The notes under the pieces are model-generated. The model was not told the origin of the DNA and made no database searches. It worked only from the letters and a program-made list of their open reading frames with translations. From Octopus bimaculoides (lineage: Eukaryota): a DNA stretch of 64,000 nucleotides. Shown here piece after piece: positions 49,646 to 62,256 of this stretch (its first letter is position 1; every line of letters begins with the position of its first letter). The stretch covers positions 45,097,431 to 45,161,430 of the forward strand of contig NC_068993.1 in the NCBI RefSeq assembly GCF_001194135.2, read 5' to 3'. The position numbers and the translations under genes are program-made.

Positions 49646-50452
49646 ATCCATAGGAGATGTTATCTCAAGACAAATACCACTGTAACTGACCTTTTGGTGG
49701 TGTATACATTAAGTATGATACGTAGATGGCTATTTTAATTTAATATTGCCTTAATTGTTTATGCTGGATATATATGTGTGGTTGTGTATATGTCCCTGCC
49801 TAGCTCTTGACAAACAGTGTTGGTTTGTTTATGTCCCTATACCTTAGTGATTTGGTGAAAGGCACTTATAGAATAAGTACTAGGGTTGATTTATTTGAGG
49901 AAAGCCATCAAATAAGAGATATGCACACACACACACATCATTATATATGATTTCAGTTGTCCATGTAAGTGTGTATATCTATAGTTTAACAGTATAATAA
50001 TGTGGTAAAATTTGTGTCTTCTATATCTTATACTATTTCTCTATTTCAGGATATCGGACAACATCAGAGTTAAGTAATTTTTAACTTCAGAGGCATCTTC
50101 AACAGCTATCATCTTTTATTGACTAAAGGACATTATACAGAACAGGCTCAACCTTGTTTTCATATATCTATGGTGAATTACACTGAAATATTTTATTCTG
50201 AACTTGGATTAACAGCAACATTTCACTTCTTCACTGTCTTGGAATATATATATATATATATATAGAGGTTGATTTTGTACCCAAATTAAATTTGGACACC
50301 TTTACAAAGGTGTTTTCTGCATATGCAACCAATGACAAAGATTGCAGTTGATGGAAAGAAGACTGAAGGTATATTTGTTAGGGAAAATACTCATGATGTG
50401 AGAAAAAAAAAAAAAAAAAATTTAATGAACTGATTTTTCTTTTTCTGAAGAG

Positions 50453-51151
50453 ATGCCAAAAATAATGGGAAAATCATCATACCACTGTGATATCTGTAAA
50501 AAGCCATTCTCTCAAGAAGTTAATCTCATTACTCACAAATGTATTTGTGCTGAAGTAAAACCATATCACTGTAATATTTGTGGTAAAGCATTCACTGGAA
50601 GGAGTGATTTAACTAAACACAAATGCATTAACACAAATGAGAAACCACATCAATGTGATATCTGTGGTAAAGCGTTCTCTTATGAAAGTTCTTTAACTAT
50701 ACACAAATACAGTCATACAGGAGAGAAGCCACATCATTGTGATATCTGTGGTAAATCATTCTCTCAAAAAGGTAATCTCACCATCCACAAGCGTATCCAT
50801 ACAGGAGAGAAGCCATATCACTGTGATATCTGTGGCAAAGCATTCCCTGCAAGTGGTGACCTGACTAAACACAAATATATTCACACAGGTAAGAAACGAT
50901 ATCAGTGTGATATCTGTGGTAAATCATTCTCTCAAAATTGTAATTTAACTACTCACAAACGAGTTCATACAGGGGAAAAACCATATCATTGTGATATCTG
51001 TGGTAATTCTTTCTCTCAAAATGATCACTTAATTAAACACAGACAAATTCATACAGGAGAGAAGAAACCATATCTGTGTAATATCTGTGATAAATCATTC
51101 TCTCATAGAAATACCCTAATTACTCACACATGCACTCATACAAAGGAGTAG
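50453..51151 (+). CDS. C2H2 zinc-finger protein with 8 tandem fingers (first two lack the second His)
   Basis: Repeated CxxC-x12-HxxxH with TGEKP linkers (e.g. HCDICGKSFSQKGNLTIHKRIHTGEKP). A possible acceptor ttttctgaag lies just before the ATG. The true 5' end is uncertain. Confidence 0.9.
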   Translation: MPKIMGKSSYHCDICKKPFSQEVNLITHKCICAEVKPYHCNICGKAFTGRSDLTKHKCINTNEKPHQCDICGKAFSYESSLTIHKYSHTGEKPHHCDICGKSFSQKGNLTIHKRIHTGEKPYHCDICGKAFPASGDLTKHKYIHTGKKRYQCDICGKSFSQNCNLTTHKRVHTGEKPYHCDICGNSFSQNDHLIKHRQIHTGEKKPYLCNICDKSFSHRNTLITHTCTHTKE

Positions 51152-51492
51152 CTATGTCACTAGTATCCATGATAAAAGGTTCTATCAAAGAAATAAATGA
51201 ATTTCAAGTGCACTAATGCAAAAGAGGAGCCAATTTGGCTGTGATAGCTGTGGTAAATTATTTTCTGAAGAAATAAAAAAAAACCTACCATATTTACTAG
51301 CATATAAGATGTGCTTCTTTTTTCAGTTTTAAATATATCAAAAAATTACCCTATGTCTAATGTGACCCTACTATGGATAGGAGACTGAGTATTGTCAGCT
51401 AAAGAGCCAGATAAGCATAAGTCGGCTAGACAATAATTGTTGCTAATAATAAAATATTGAAAACAAGTCCAACTATAACAATCTGTTTATAC

Positions 51493-51764
51493 TGTTCTAT
51501 ATTTTAGAGATGAGGAATTTTGTACATTTACATTGGATGGATATGTGTCCTCAACATGTTTGTTGTTACCATAACATTTCAGCTGATTTACTCTCCGGCC
51601 TTCATCAAGTGTCCTAATGGAATTTTGAACCCAACCCTGGGTTCTTATTCCTAAGGTATTTTTTGCTGATGTTTCTATTATTACTTATTCAAGGCACTGC
51701 CTGGTATTGAACTTCAAATCTTGGGTTTAGTAGCCTGCGCTCTTAACCATTACGCTATATGCCC
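51493..51764 (-). mobile_element. Inverted pseudo-LTR-like module (tRNA-like head, AT-rich spacer, hammerhead motif) left of the PLE
   Basis: Reverse complement aligns along its length with 53057-53317 and 19127-19377. Confidence 0.85.
51568..51613 (-). ncRNA. Degenerate hammerhead ribozyme motif
   Basis: Reverse complement reads GACAC-TTGATGA-A-GGCCG...CAGCT-GAAATGTTATGGT. The C3->U change and other transitions make it probably inactive. Confidence 0.45.
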
Positions 51765-52990
51765 GTGGACAATTACGGTCTCCCTAAGATTGTCATGTAC
51801 GGCCTCCCTAAGATTCACAAGGATGGTATTCCATTAAGACTCATAATGAGTAGTAGAAGTTTGGCATGTCGTCCACTGAGCCACTTCCTCATGGATATAA
51901 TCAGTCCATTAGCAAGTAAGTCAACATCATATGTGAAGAATTCCACCCACTTCACAGAATTGATCACGGATATACCCACTGGATTCAACCAGATGGTAAA
52001 CCTTGATGTGATAAGTCTGTTCACCAAAGTTCCAATTGATGAAGCACTGTCATTGATTCAAGAAAAACTAGTACTGGGCACCTATTTAAAAGATTGCACT
52101 GGTATACCAATTGGAAACTTGATGGAAATGTTGGCCTTTTGTGTAGAAATGATCTACTTCAGAATAGAGTGAGGGTTTAGCTATGGGTTTGCCATTATCA
52201 CCAATAATAGCTAATATATACATGGAATACTTTGAGAATTTGGCTTTAGGATCAACACACCCAAAGCCAACCTTATGGCTTCAATACATTGATGATACCT
52301 TTATACTCTGGCCCCACCTGGAAGATGTCCAAGTACTGCTATATCATGTGAATTCAAGACATCCATACAGTTTACAGTGGAAAAAGAAAAAGACAATCAA
52401 CTAGCATTCCTGGATGTATTAATAACACGCACTAAGCATGGGTTCAGGACATCCGTATACTGCAAGCAAACCTTCTCTGGACGATACCTCAACTTTAGTT
52501 CCAACTATCCATACAGTGTAAAGAGAAAGATTGCTCAGTGCCTAAAACATCGAGCAAAGACTATAAGTAGTGATCCCGATTCACAAACTGAAGGAATGAT
52601 CAAGCTAAGTAACAATATATTAAGCAACAACTACCCAAAAAACATACTATCCACTCCAATTAGGAGGAGGAGAGAAGATGGGACCCCTAAACGAACCACA
52701 GTCTGTCTACCCTATGTGAAAGGCCTTCGGGAAAGATACAGAAAATATGTGGTCCATATGACATCAGGACAGTATTCAAGAGTAATACAGCACTTCGCAA
52801 ATATCTTTGAGTAAGACCACCAATAGAAGAGAATATGACCAAAGACTGCGTGTACTCCATCCCATGCAGTTGTGGTAGGTTATACAAAGGCGAAACATGC
52901 TGCTCACTCAAAATAAGGGTAGAGGAACATCGTAAAGCTGTGACACGAGATGTTGAAAAATCGGGTATAGTTGATCATGTATGGAAAAAT
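51759..52990 (+). mobile_element. Degraded Penelope-like retroelement (PLE): reverse transcriptase + GIY-YIG endonuclease, frameshifted
   Basis: Successive ORF pieces encode YGLPKIHK..PLR, DVISLFTKVP, MGLPLSPIIANIYME, YIDDTF, FTMEKEKDNQLAFLDV, and CVYSIPCSCGRLYKGET...RVEEH. These are typical PLE RT and GIY-YIG motifs. Confidence 0.92.
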
Positions 52991-53056
52991 GGTATTAAGG
53001 AAAGATACAAAAATATTAGGTTTATAAGCTCTAAAATTCACTCTATAATTGACCAT

Positions 53057-53317
53057 GAGCATATAGCGTAATGGTTAAAGAGCACGGGCTACTAACCTGA
53101 AGATTCCAAGTTCAATTCCAGGCAGTTCCTTCAATAATTAATAACAATAATAATAGTAACATCAGTAAAAAAATACCTTAGTAACGAGAACCCAGGTTTG
53201 TGTTCAAAATTTCACCAGGACACCTGATGAAAGCTGGAGAGTAAATCAGCCGAAATGTTGTGGTAACAACAAACTAGATGAGGACACATATCTGTCCAAT
53301 GTAAATATGAATAATGT
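53057..53317 (+). mobile_element. Pseudo-LTR-like module (tRNA-like head, (AAT)n, hammerhead motif) right of the PLE
   Basis: A-box-like TAGCGTAATGG, B-box-like GTTCAATTCC, an AAT-rich spacer, then CTGATGA...GAAA. Inverted relative to 51493-51764. Confidence 0.85.
53219..53264 (+). ncRNA. Minimal type I hammerhead ribozyme motif (slightly degenerate)
   Basis: GACAC-CTGATGA-A-AGCTG-GAGAGTAAAT-CAGCC-GAA-ATGT-T-GTGGT: core boxes, stem II (GCTG/CAGC) and stem I (GACAC/GTGGT, one mismatch). Activity not tested. Confidence 0.6.
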
Positions 53318-54360
53318 AATTTGTTAGTACAGACTTACAAAAAATTGCTTATACCATTTTCCTCCAGTACATAATCATCTTATACCATTTTTCCCCTAGT
53401 ACATAATCTGTATCTGATAAATATCTTAGATTATTTAAAAGCGCCTGTGCTGTTGCCACAGAAAGACCATCCAGTACACTCTGTAAAGCGGTTGGCATTT
53501 GGAAAGGCATCCAACTGTAGAAACCAAACCAAAGCAGATGACTGGACGTTAAATGATGATGATAATGTGTTGCATTTTAGAAATGTCTTTAAAATTATGT
53601 AAATGGAAAATTGGAAAATTCTGTGAGAAAGATGAATAGAATGTTAAAATTTCATCTCTCTATTGGCTGTCTGCAATGACTGAATAACAACAAAATCATC
53701 GTGGTGGTGTGCACCCTTGGTGGCCAGTAGCAGTTATATAAAACCTCACAATCAGGAATTCAAGTTTTACATCTTGTATGACAAAAAACTACTAAGTGTA
53801 GAAACACTGTTTACATCATTTACAAGAAATGACGAGAATTAGCAGAAAGAATCGATGTAATCGACTTGACCCCCTCCCCCGAAATTACGGCATTGTGTCA
53901 AAATTTAAAACAAATTATAATAGGCTCAAGACAACGCATTTAGTTGTGGTGTAATCGATTATACACCAGCAGTACTTGATTGGCGTTTTATTATATCGAA
54001 AACAGAATTTGATTCATATTTTATTTTATCGACCACAGCTGATGAAAGGTAAAGTCGATTTAGCTTGTATTTGAGTTCAAGATGTAAAGTAATGTGCTTA
54101 AATGTAGCAGAACTTTTGAAACTGTCATTCGACTGATTAATTTGCCTCACTTAAACTTACATAGAGATTCAAGTTAGATAACTCTTACTAAACTTCTCTT
54201 ATTAAACTTCTTTACAATATGGGAGTAATCTCCCCTGCGCCACATAATAATTTATAAACAAATAATTTATTTGTCTTCAAATTGACTCTGGATTTGGAGC
54301 CTTCGTTATTCCTATCATCTCTCACAACCGATGTATCTGTTGTTATTTGTTGATATACAT

Positions 54361-54534
54361 CAGTGCTCCGCAACCTATTTTCACTTGCAGTACACTTATA
54401 TTCTTTTCAAAATTCGGTGGCACACCTGAACTAAAAATATAGGGGTAAAAATTATATCCAGGTTATACTGCAGCACACCTAGCATCGTCTCGTGGCACAC
54501 CAGTGTGCTGGGAAATGCCGGTTGCAGAGCACTG
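54361..54534. mobile_element. hAT-like MITE nested in an older inverted-repeat element
   Basis: TIRs CAGTGCTCCGCAACC / GGTTGCAGAGCACTG; the flanks share ATACAT. Confidence 0.65.
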
Positions 54535-54554
54535 ATACATTGGTTGTGAGAGAT

Positions 54555-54944
54555 TATGTTGTTGTTGGCACTCCGTCGCTTACGACGTCGAGGTTCCAGT
54601 TGATCCGATCAACGGAACAGCCTGCTCGTGAAATTAACGTGCAAGTGGCTGAGCACTCCACAGACACGTGTACCCTTAACGTAGTTCTCGGGGATATTCA
54701 GCGTGACACAGTGTTACAAGGCTGACCCTTTGAATTACAGGCACATTAGAAACAGGAAGTAAGAGTGAGAGAAAGTTGTGGTGAAAGAGTACAGCAGGGT
54801 TCGCCACCATCCCCTGCCGGAGCCTCGTGGAGCTTTTAAGTGTTTTCGCTCAATAAACACTCACAACGCCCGGTCTGGGAATCGAAACCACGATCCTATG
54901 ACCGCGAGTCCGCTGCCCTAACTACTGGGCCATTGCGCCTCCAC
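54555..54944 (-). mobile_element. tRNA-derived SINE family D, young copy
   Basis: 10-bp TSD TGTGAGAGAT (54545-54554; 54945-54954). The minus-strand head is GGAGGCGCAATGGCCCAGTAGTTAGG...GTTTCGATTCCC. The 3' part is shared with 18610-18940, 26795-27120 and 28640-28965. Confidence 0.85.
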
Positions 54945-55470
54945 TGTGAGAGATGATAGGAATAACGAAAGCTCCAACTCTTGAGCTAATACAAAGACAT
55001 TGGATTTAATAATCTTTCTACCTTCATGACATGTCAGATAAGCGAGAGAACTATCTTATACAAAAAGTAAAAACAACACAATTATTAGTGAACTTATGAA
55101 AGTTTAAAGTTACCTTGTAGACTTTTATATCGTTAAGTAACTCTTACATAGTGAACTAGGTGAATAGACAACAGAGATAAAAATAACAACTGCAATAATC
55201 CGTCTCACATCCAGACAACGATAGATGCAAACTAAAACATAATTGGAAACACCGTGAATTCATTTCGAAGTCGAAGCAAATATTTCGTTTTTTCTTTTGA
55301 TGAATCAATCACCAGCACTATTGCCGCGCTCTCGTTCCCGCCTAATGTCCAGATGTTCTTCATTTTTTCCCCCACGTTACAGTTTAACAGAAGGAGACAA
55401 TTATCGTACCGCTGTTTGGACGCAGACTATTAATTTCTTCGTGGTGTGTATCAGGATCACTATTTATTGT

Positions 55471-55686
55471 CTATGCTTGATGTTTTAGGCACTGAGCAAT
55501 CTCTCTCTTTACACTGTATGGATGGTGGGAGTCGAAGTTAACGTATCGTCCTGTGAAGGTTGGCTTGCGGTATACGGATGTCCTGAATCCATACTTGGTG
55601 CGTATTATTAATACGTCCAGGAATGCTAGCTGATTGTCTTTTTCTTTTTCCATTGTGAACTGTATGGATGACTTTATTGAGTTCAC
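55471..55686 (-). mobile_element. Penelope-like RT fragment
   Basis: SIQFTMEKEKDNQLAFLDVLIIRTKYGFRTSVYRKPTFTGRYVNFDSHHP is nearly identical to part of the 52377-52560 PLE. Confidence 0.88.
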
Positions 55687-56859
55687 ATGATCTAATCGGT
55701 GCTAAACCCTCTTCTTGTCGATATTTTCCGGTTCATTACGTTCTGAGTTCAAATTTTACCGAGGTCAACTTTGCCTCTCATCTCTTCAGGCTTGATAAAA
55801 ATAAAAGTACCCGACAAGTACTGGGGTTGATATAATCGACTTGTCCTCACCCCTCAAAATTACTGGCCTCCCGTTCAGGGGTAATGTTGTGATCTCGGTC
55901 TCTTACATATTACTCCATGGTAACCGGCAGCCCGCCTTTTGAGTTTTAGGGCTCATGAATAAATATTACATTAATGATGGTTAACGAACATTAGAATTGA
56001 TTGTTTTACCAACATGATTTCAGATTATTATTATTAAAAAAAAGCTTATGTTAACATATTTCTTAAATACGTCATTTATCATTCATTGTTTTGAATAGCT
56101 AGAAGACTAGGATAGGGGCGGGGAGATAGTTGAGAAAACATACAGATGTTAGAAATCTGTATGTTCATTCAATGTTTTTGAAGATATCCTTAGTATGTGT
56201 GTGTGTGTTATTTATCTATCTCGGTGGCCTTTTCCTAGGATAAACATCAGTGGTTTGGAGAAAGGTAATCGGTGTGCATAGTCAATTGCCAGTTTTCTTT
56301 CTATTTAAGATACTTCCATAGATAGGTGGATAGACAGACAGACAGACATACAGACATACATACAGACAGACAAGTAGATAGATAGATATGTATTTATGTT
56401 TATGTCAGGTTACTTCTAGTGTTACTGGTAACATGTGACCCAGTACAACATGTCTCATGGCCGGGCTTTCGGCGACTAAACTAGGTAACCATTTCAAGCT
56501 TGCTTGGTAAAGAGAGTGGTTTTCGTTGGGCACTCTGTAGGACGAAAAACAAAACCTATCAAAGGCAGATGAAACCAGTAGATTCAACGGCCATCCAACA
56601 CCTGTGAGTGATCCTTACTCTTTGTTTAAACTTCTCACTAGGTGAAGGGAATTCCAAAACAACATCCACCTCATAGCGAAGCCAGAGATCACGCTCTTGC
56701 TGGTTTCTAGACTACTTGGCATTGTTGTTGAAAGTCTCGACGGTGCTGTGCACTCTTTTATTGACTTTAAATTACGGGCATTGCTGATAGACACCGTAAT
56801 TAACATCTAGGTTAGAAAAATTTGTCACTGATGGTCATACTCATCCACGAGTTGATAGC

Positions 56860-56890
<31 letters not shown>

Positions 56891-57055
56891 ACGAACGTAC
56901 GTATGTATGTAAGTATGTATGTATGTATGCATGTGCATGCTTTACCTTGCGTTGTAACATAGCATGTGTCTTGGGCATTTTTAACTTCGGTGGTGTCCGT
57001 CTCTCTCCATATCTGCCGACAACTGATTTCTTTTAGGAGAAAGACAGGCAGAAAG

Positions 57056-57098
<43 letters not shown>

Positions 57099-57108
57099 NN
57101 NNNNNNNN

Positions 57109-57154
<46 letters not shown>

Positions 57155-60100
57155 GACCCCTGTACACAACTGGTACTTTATTTATTACCCATGAAAAGGT
57201 GAAAAGCAAAGTTAATTTATGCATCATTTCAAATGAGAGAACAGAGGGCCGTAACGACACACTCTAATATGCCCGTTAATTGCGCTACACACACACACAT
57301 ACACACACGTGTGTGTATGTATGTATGTATGTATGTATGTATGCATGCATGTATGTACTGTATATATATATATATATATAAACAATATATGAGTATATGC
57401 ATATATATGTACATGTATGTATATACGTTCATCTACATGCACATATAGATACATAACTGGGTACATGACGTGGCAAAAGAACAAGGACAAAATGGTAAAC
57501 AAGGTGCAACAAACAAGCAGGCCACATAGAAACATCCCCTTCATCAGCTGCCACCATTAAAATTACGGCGTTTCGAAGAATTAAGGCAGTACGCATCGTT
57601 AAAATGGTTCTTCCCACNNNNNNNNNNNNNNNNNNNNNNNNNNNNNNNNNNNNNNNNNNNNNNNNNNNNNNNNNNNNNNNNNNNNNNNNNNNNNNNNNNN
57701 NNNNNNNNNNNNNNNNNNNNNNNNNNNNNNNNNNNNNNNNNNNNNNNNNNNNNNNNNNNNNNNNNNNNNNNNNNNNNNNNNNNNNNNNNNNNNNNNNNNN
57801 NNNNNNNNNNNNNNNNNNNNNNNNNNNNNNNNNNNNNNNNNNNNNNNNNNNNNNNNNNNNNNNNNNNNNNNNNNNNNNNNNNNNNNNNNNNNNNNNNNNN
57901 NNNNNNNNNNNNNNNNNNNNNNNNNNNNNNNNNNNNNNNNNNNNNNNNNNNNNNNNNNNNNNNNNNNNNNNNNNNNNNNNNNNNNNNNNNNNNNNNNNNN
58001 NNNNNNNNNNNNNNNNNNNNNNNNNNNNNNNNNNNNNNNNNNNNNNNNNNNNNNNNNNNNNNNNNNNNNNNNNNNNNNNNNNNNNNNNNNNNNNNNNNNN
58101 NNNNNNNNNNNNNNNNNNNNNNNNNNNNNNNNNNNNNNNNNNNNNNNNNNNNNNNNNNNNNNNNNNNNNNNNNNNNNNNNNNNNNNNNNNNNNNNNNNNN
58201 NNNNNNNNNNNNNNNNNNNNNNNNNNNNNNNNNNNNNNNNNNNNNNNNNNNNNNNNNNNNNNNNNNNNNNNNNNNNNNNNNNNNNNNNNNNNNNNNNNNN
58301 NNNNNNNNNNNNNNNNNNNNNNNNNNNNNNNNNNNNNNNNNNNNNNNNNNNNNNNNNNNNNNNNNNNNNNNNNNNNNNNNNNNNNNNNNNNNNNNNNNNN
58401 NNNNNNNNNNNNNNNNNNNNNNNNNNNNNNNNNNNNNNNTATATATATATATATATGAACTTCCCGCTTATGGTAAAGCCACCATATCTGTTCAGTGTCT
58501 CCTCCCAGCGGACTCCCAGACGCGTTTCTGGCACTTTAGCCTTCCGAAGGGAAGAAACAATGAGCCGATTAGAAAGCCGTAACTTTATCTTAGAACAGTC
58601 AATATCAGTGACTGAGTTGCGCTCGCGGACCACCTTTCAGAATAAATACAAGAATATCAGCGCTAAGGAGTGACGAGGAAAAAAACTGATAATGAGACTT
58701 CTTACAGTTTCTATCCACCAGATCTACTGTAATCTCCAGTCGGCCGGAGGTTATAGTAGAAGACACATGTCCAAGGTCCACGCCGTGAGACTGAACATGG
58801 AACCATATGGATGGGAAACAAATTTCTTACTACACAGCCACGCCTGCACTTAATGTTCGTAATGGTTATGACATGTGCTGGTATTCTCCTGGAACGGCGA
58901 TAAGCTAAGACCGTATTGTTCAATTCGATAGTAAGTAAAGCAGGTCACCGTAGGCAGAATTCAAAGGTGGATGAGAATAAGGAAGAAGGTGTATAGGCGG
59001 TCCCTTACAGCTGTTTCAAGAATAGATGTGCAGCTGATGCAATTTAAGCGGCCATCTATTCAATCATCGGAGAAAACTTCTGACATTAGACATATTACCT
59101 GAATTATACACGCACGCACGTGCGCACGCACACACACACACACATACACACACGCACACGCACGCATGCACGCACACACACACACATGAATCTATGTATA
59201 TATGTATGTATACATACACATACACACATAAAATTCAGATATTATTACGTCTGATGACACGAAACTTTCCCCGATGAAGGAATAGAATGTAACTAGACTG
59301 TATATCTATCTATCTATCTATCTATCTANNNNNNNNNNNNNNNNNNNNNNNNNNNNNNNNNNNNNNNNNNNNNNNNNNNNNNNNNNNNNNNNNNNNNNNN
59401 NNNNNNNNNNNNNNNNNNNNNNNNNNNNNNNNNNNNNNNNNNNNNNNNNNNNNNNNNNNNNNNNNNNNNNNNNNNNNNNNNNNNNNNNNNNNNNNNNNNN
59501 NNNNNNNNNNNNNNNNNNNNNNNNNNNNNNNNNNNNNNNNNNNNNNNNNNNNNNNNNNNNNNNNNNNNNNNNNNNNNNNNNNNNNNNATTTCAAGATGAG
59601 AAAGAATACAAATGTTGCTTTTGCTATTAATTGATATATTTAATCAAGATATTTCTCTTCATTATTGAATTATTGATAACACAATATCGTCTATCTGGCA
59701 AATTGTTTAACTCTCGAGCGGAAAAAATTCTTCAGTTTTCGAAACTCAATATCGATATAATTTTCAACCTCCTCATAATTAATAAACTATTTCCTCTGAT
59801 TTGAAAAGATGATAGTGAAGTGGAGTAAAGTCAGGGGCGAGGAGGATGAGGCATAATATCGATATTTAATCTTGTAATCTCCTCATGGATGACTTGGGTG
59901 ATATGTGGGTTTGCATTGGTGTGTAAAGGCAATACTCCTTTACATTTGATCAATGATTTTTTTTCATCTTTTATCTTTTACTTGTATCAGTCATTAGACT
60001 GCGGCCATGCTGGAGTATCACTTTGAAGAAAGTTTAGTCGAATGAATCGATCCCAGGACTTATTTTTCTTTTTAAGCCTTGTAATTATTCTATTAGTCTC

Positions 60101-60161
60101 TTTTGCCGAACTGCTAGGTTACGCGGACTTAAACACAATAACACCGGCTGTCAAACGGTGG

Positions 60162-60203
<42 letters not shown>

Positions 60204-62143
60204 TGGAATTCTTTCAGTTTCTGTCTACCAAATCCACTCACTAGGCTTTGATCGGCCCGTCGCCATATCTGATTACACTTTCCCATGTTGCCTAGCAGTG
60301 GAACTGAACCGGGAACCATGTGGTTGGGAAGCAAGCTTCTTAGTTCTTTATTGTCCACAGCTGTCTAAACATAGAAGGGACAAACAATGACAGACAAAGG
60401 GATTAAGTCGATTACATCGACCCCAGTGTTCAACTGGTACTTAATTTATCGACCCCGAAAGGATGAAAGGCAAAGTCGACCTCGGCGGAATTTGAACTCA
60501 GAACGTAACGGCAGACGAAATACCGGTGAGCATTTCGCCCGGCGTTCTAACGATTCTGCCATCTCGCCGCAAGCTTCTTACGACACAGCTACGCCTGCGC
60601 CTGATGATGGACACTTTTTCTGAAAATATTTTGGTAATGCATGCAATTCACAACAATACTTCTCTGCATTAAATGCTTTGCTTTGGCTTAACACTTCATG
60701 TTACCCTTCTTTGTAGACTACCAACCACGAACAAGATTTTCTTTCGGGTGTACGAGCTCTGGCTTGATGGTAGATTCTTCTTTTTCTTTTGGTTGCTAAC
60801 CATTGTTGCTTTCGTTAGATATTACTACAGAGAACTCACTTTCCATCACTCTCGTGATGATTGTATCAAGGAAAGTTTCGGTCATAAGTCTGCTCTTCTA
60901 TGACTAACTTTGATTAAACCGAGAGACCGTCAGATGATGAAGGAGCCACTTATCAAGTTTAGACACATTTCCTTGTTCACGAAAGTGTTTTATGGTCGAA
61001 ATGTGACTTGAATTGAACTGATTTGCTAATTCTAGAACAGTTTGCTTTGGATTTTCCTCAACTACGATTTTCAGATGGTCAATAAAAGCAGGGGCAAACC
61101 AGCAGAATCGTTTGCACGCCGAGTAAAATACTTAGCAGCATTTCGTTCCTCTGCACATTTTGAGTTCAAATTCCGCCAAGGTCGGCTTTGCTTTTCAGGG
61201 TCAATAAAATAAGTACCAGTTGAGCACTGGGGTCGATGTAATCGACTTACCTCTCCCCCGAAATTGATGGCCCTGTGCCAAAACTTGAAACCTATATTAG
61301 CAGATCTTAGTCGTCCAGATCGAGAGGAATTTGCGAGAGAAAAATTTCCCGAACGAAACTGGTCAAACCATCGTTTGGTATCAGGATACGTTGAGCTACA
61401 TTTTCACAGACGGAACGGAAACTTCTTGTGCTTTCACTGCTGAATAGCTCCTTTTGAATTTAAACAGCATACAACGTCTCATAAGGGTCAAATCTAAATT
61501 GATTTCAAATGGGTAAAATCGATACGAATTTAAACACTATACTATGAAGTACTCTGAAAAGAAAGAAAAAGATATTAGAATGTAAAAATGCTTATTTTAC
61601 TATAAGTGTAGAAAAAATATCCTCAAAGTGATCATATCAAAAACGCAATAGGATATATCGCATGTACGTATGTATGTATGTATGTATGTATGTATGCGCG
61701 CGCGTATATATATATGTGTGTATGTATGTATGTATGTATGTATGTATGTATGTATGTATGTATGTATGTATGTATGTATGCAGAGTTTAAGGTCAATCTG
61801 TGCCAAGCAGCTTCACTCTGTGTGCTTTAGCTTCGTTACTATGGCAACAGTCCGGATACTTATTGATCAGACTACGTATGCATACATGTATGTAAATTTT
61901 TTTTTTGAGNNNNNNNNNNACTCTGTGTGCTTTAGCTTCGTTACTATGGCAACAGTCCGGATACTTATTGATCAGACTACGTATGCATACATGTATGTAA
62001 ATTTTTTTTTTGAGTTTTATTTAAGTTTTTGACAGAGTTCAAGCCAGCCGCTAACAAAGAGACAAAACTTTTTGAGTTAAGAGTGTTCCCAGTGTTTGTA
62101 AATATGTAATTGTCTTATGCATTTATGTTTGTCTGTCTGTCTA

Positions 62144-62176
<33 letters not shown>

Positions 62177-62256
62177 ATGTATGTATGTATGCATGCATTT
62201 ATGCATAATGTATACATACACACACACACGCATACATATATATGTACATATATACA

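Noticed and set aside
50332-50452. Possible N-terminal extension of the ZNF ORF across the poly-A tract
   Set aside because: The upstream frame stops at TGA, and the finger frame has TAA TGA at 50423-50428, so an A-tract length error alone would not join them.
51149-51151. A-to-I editing of the ZNF TAG stop to TGG allowing read-through
   Set aside because: Further in-frame stops and frameshifts follow within a few codons, so read-through would not restore fingers.
57520-57600. Minus-strand CTGATGA and GAAAC as another hammerhead (also CTGATGA-CAC-GAAAC at 59251-59265)
   Set aside because: I could not build stems I-III in either case, and both lie next to gaps.
58455-58673. CpG-rich short ORFs on both strands
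   Set aside because: No recognisable domain or convincing splice sites, and it is truncated by a gap; probably a TE fragment.
61815-62012. Exact ~95-bp direct duplication
   Set aside because: The two identical copies sit on either side of a short N gap, typical of an unmerged contig overlap rather than biology.
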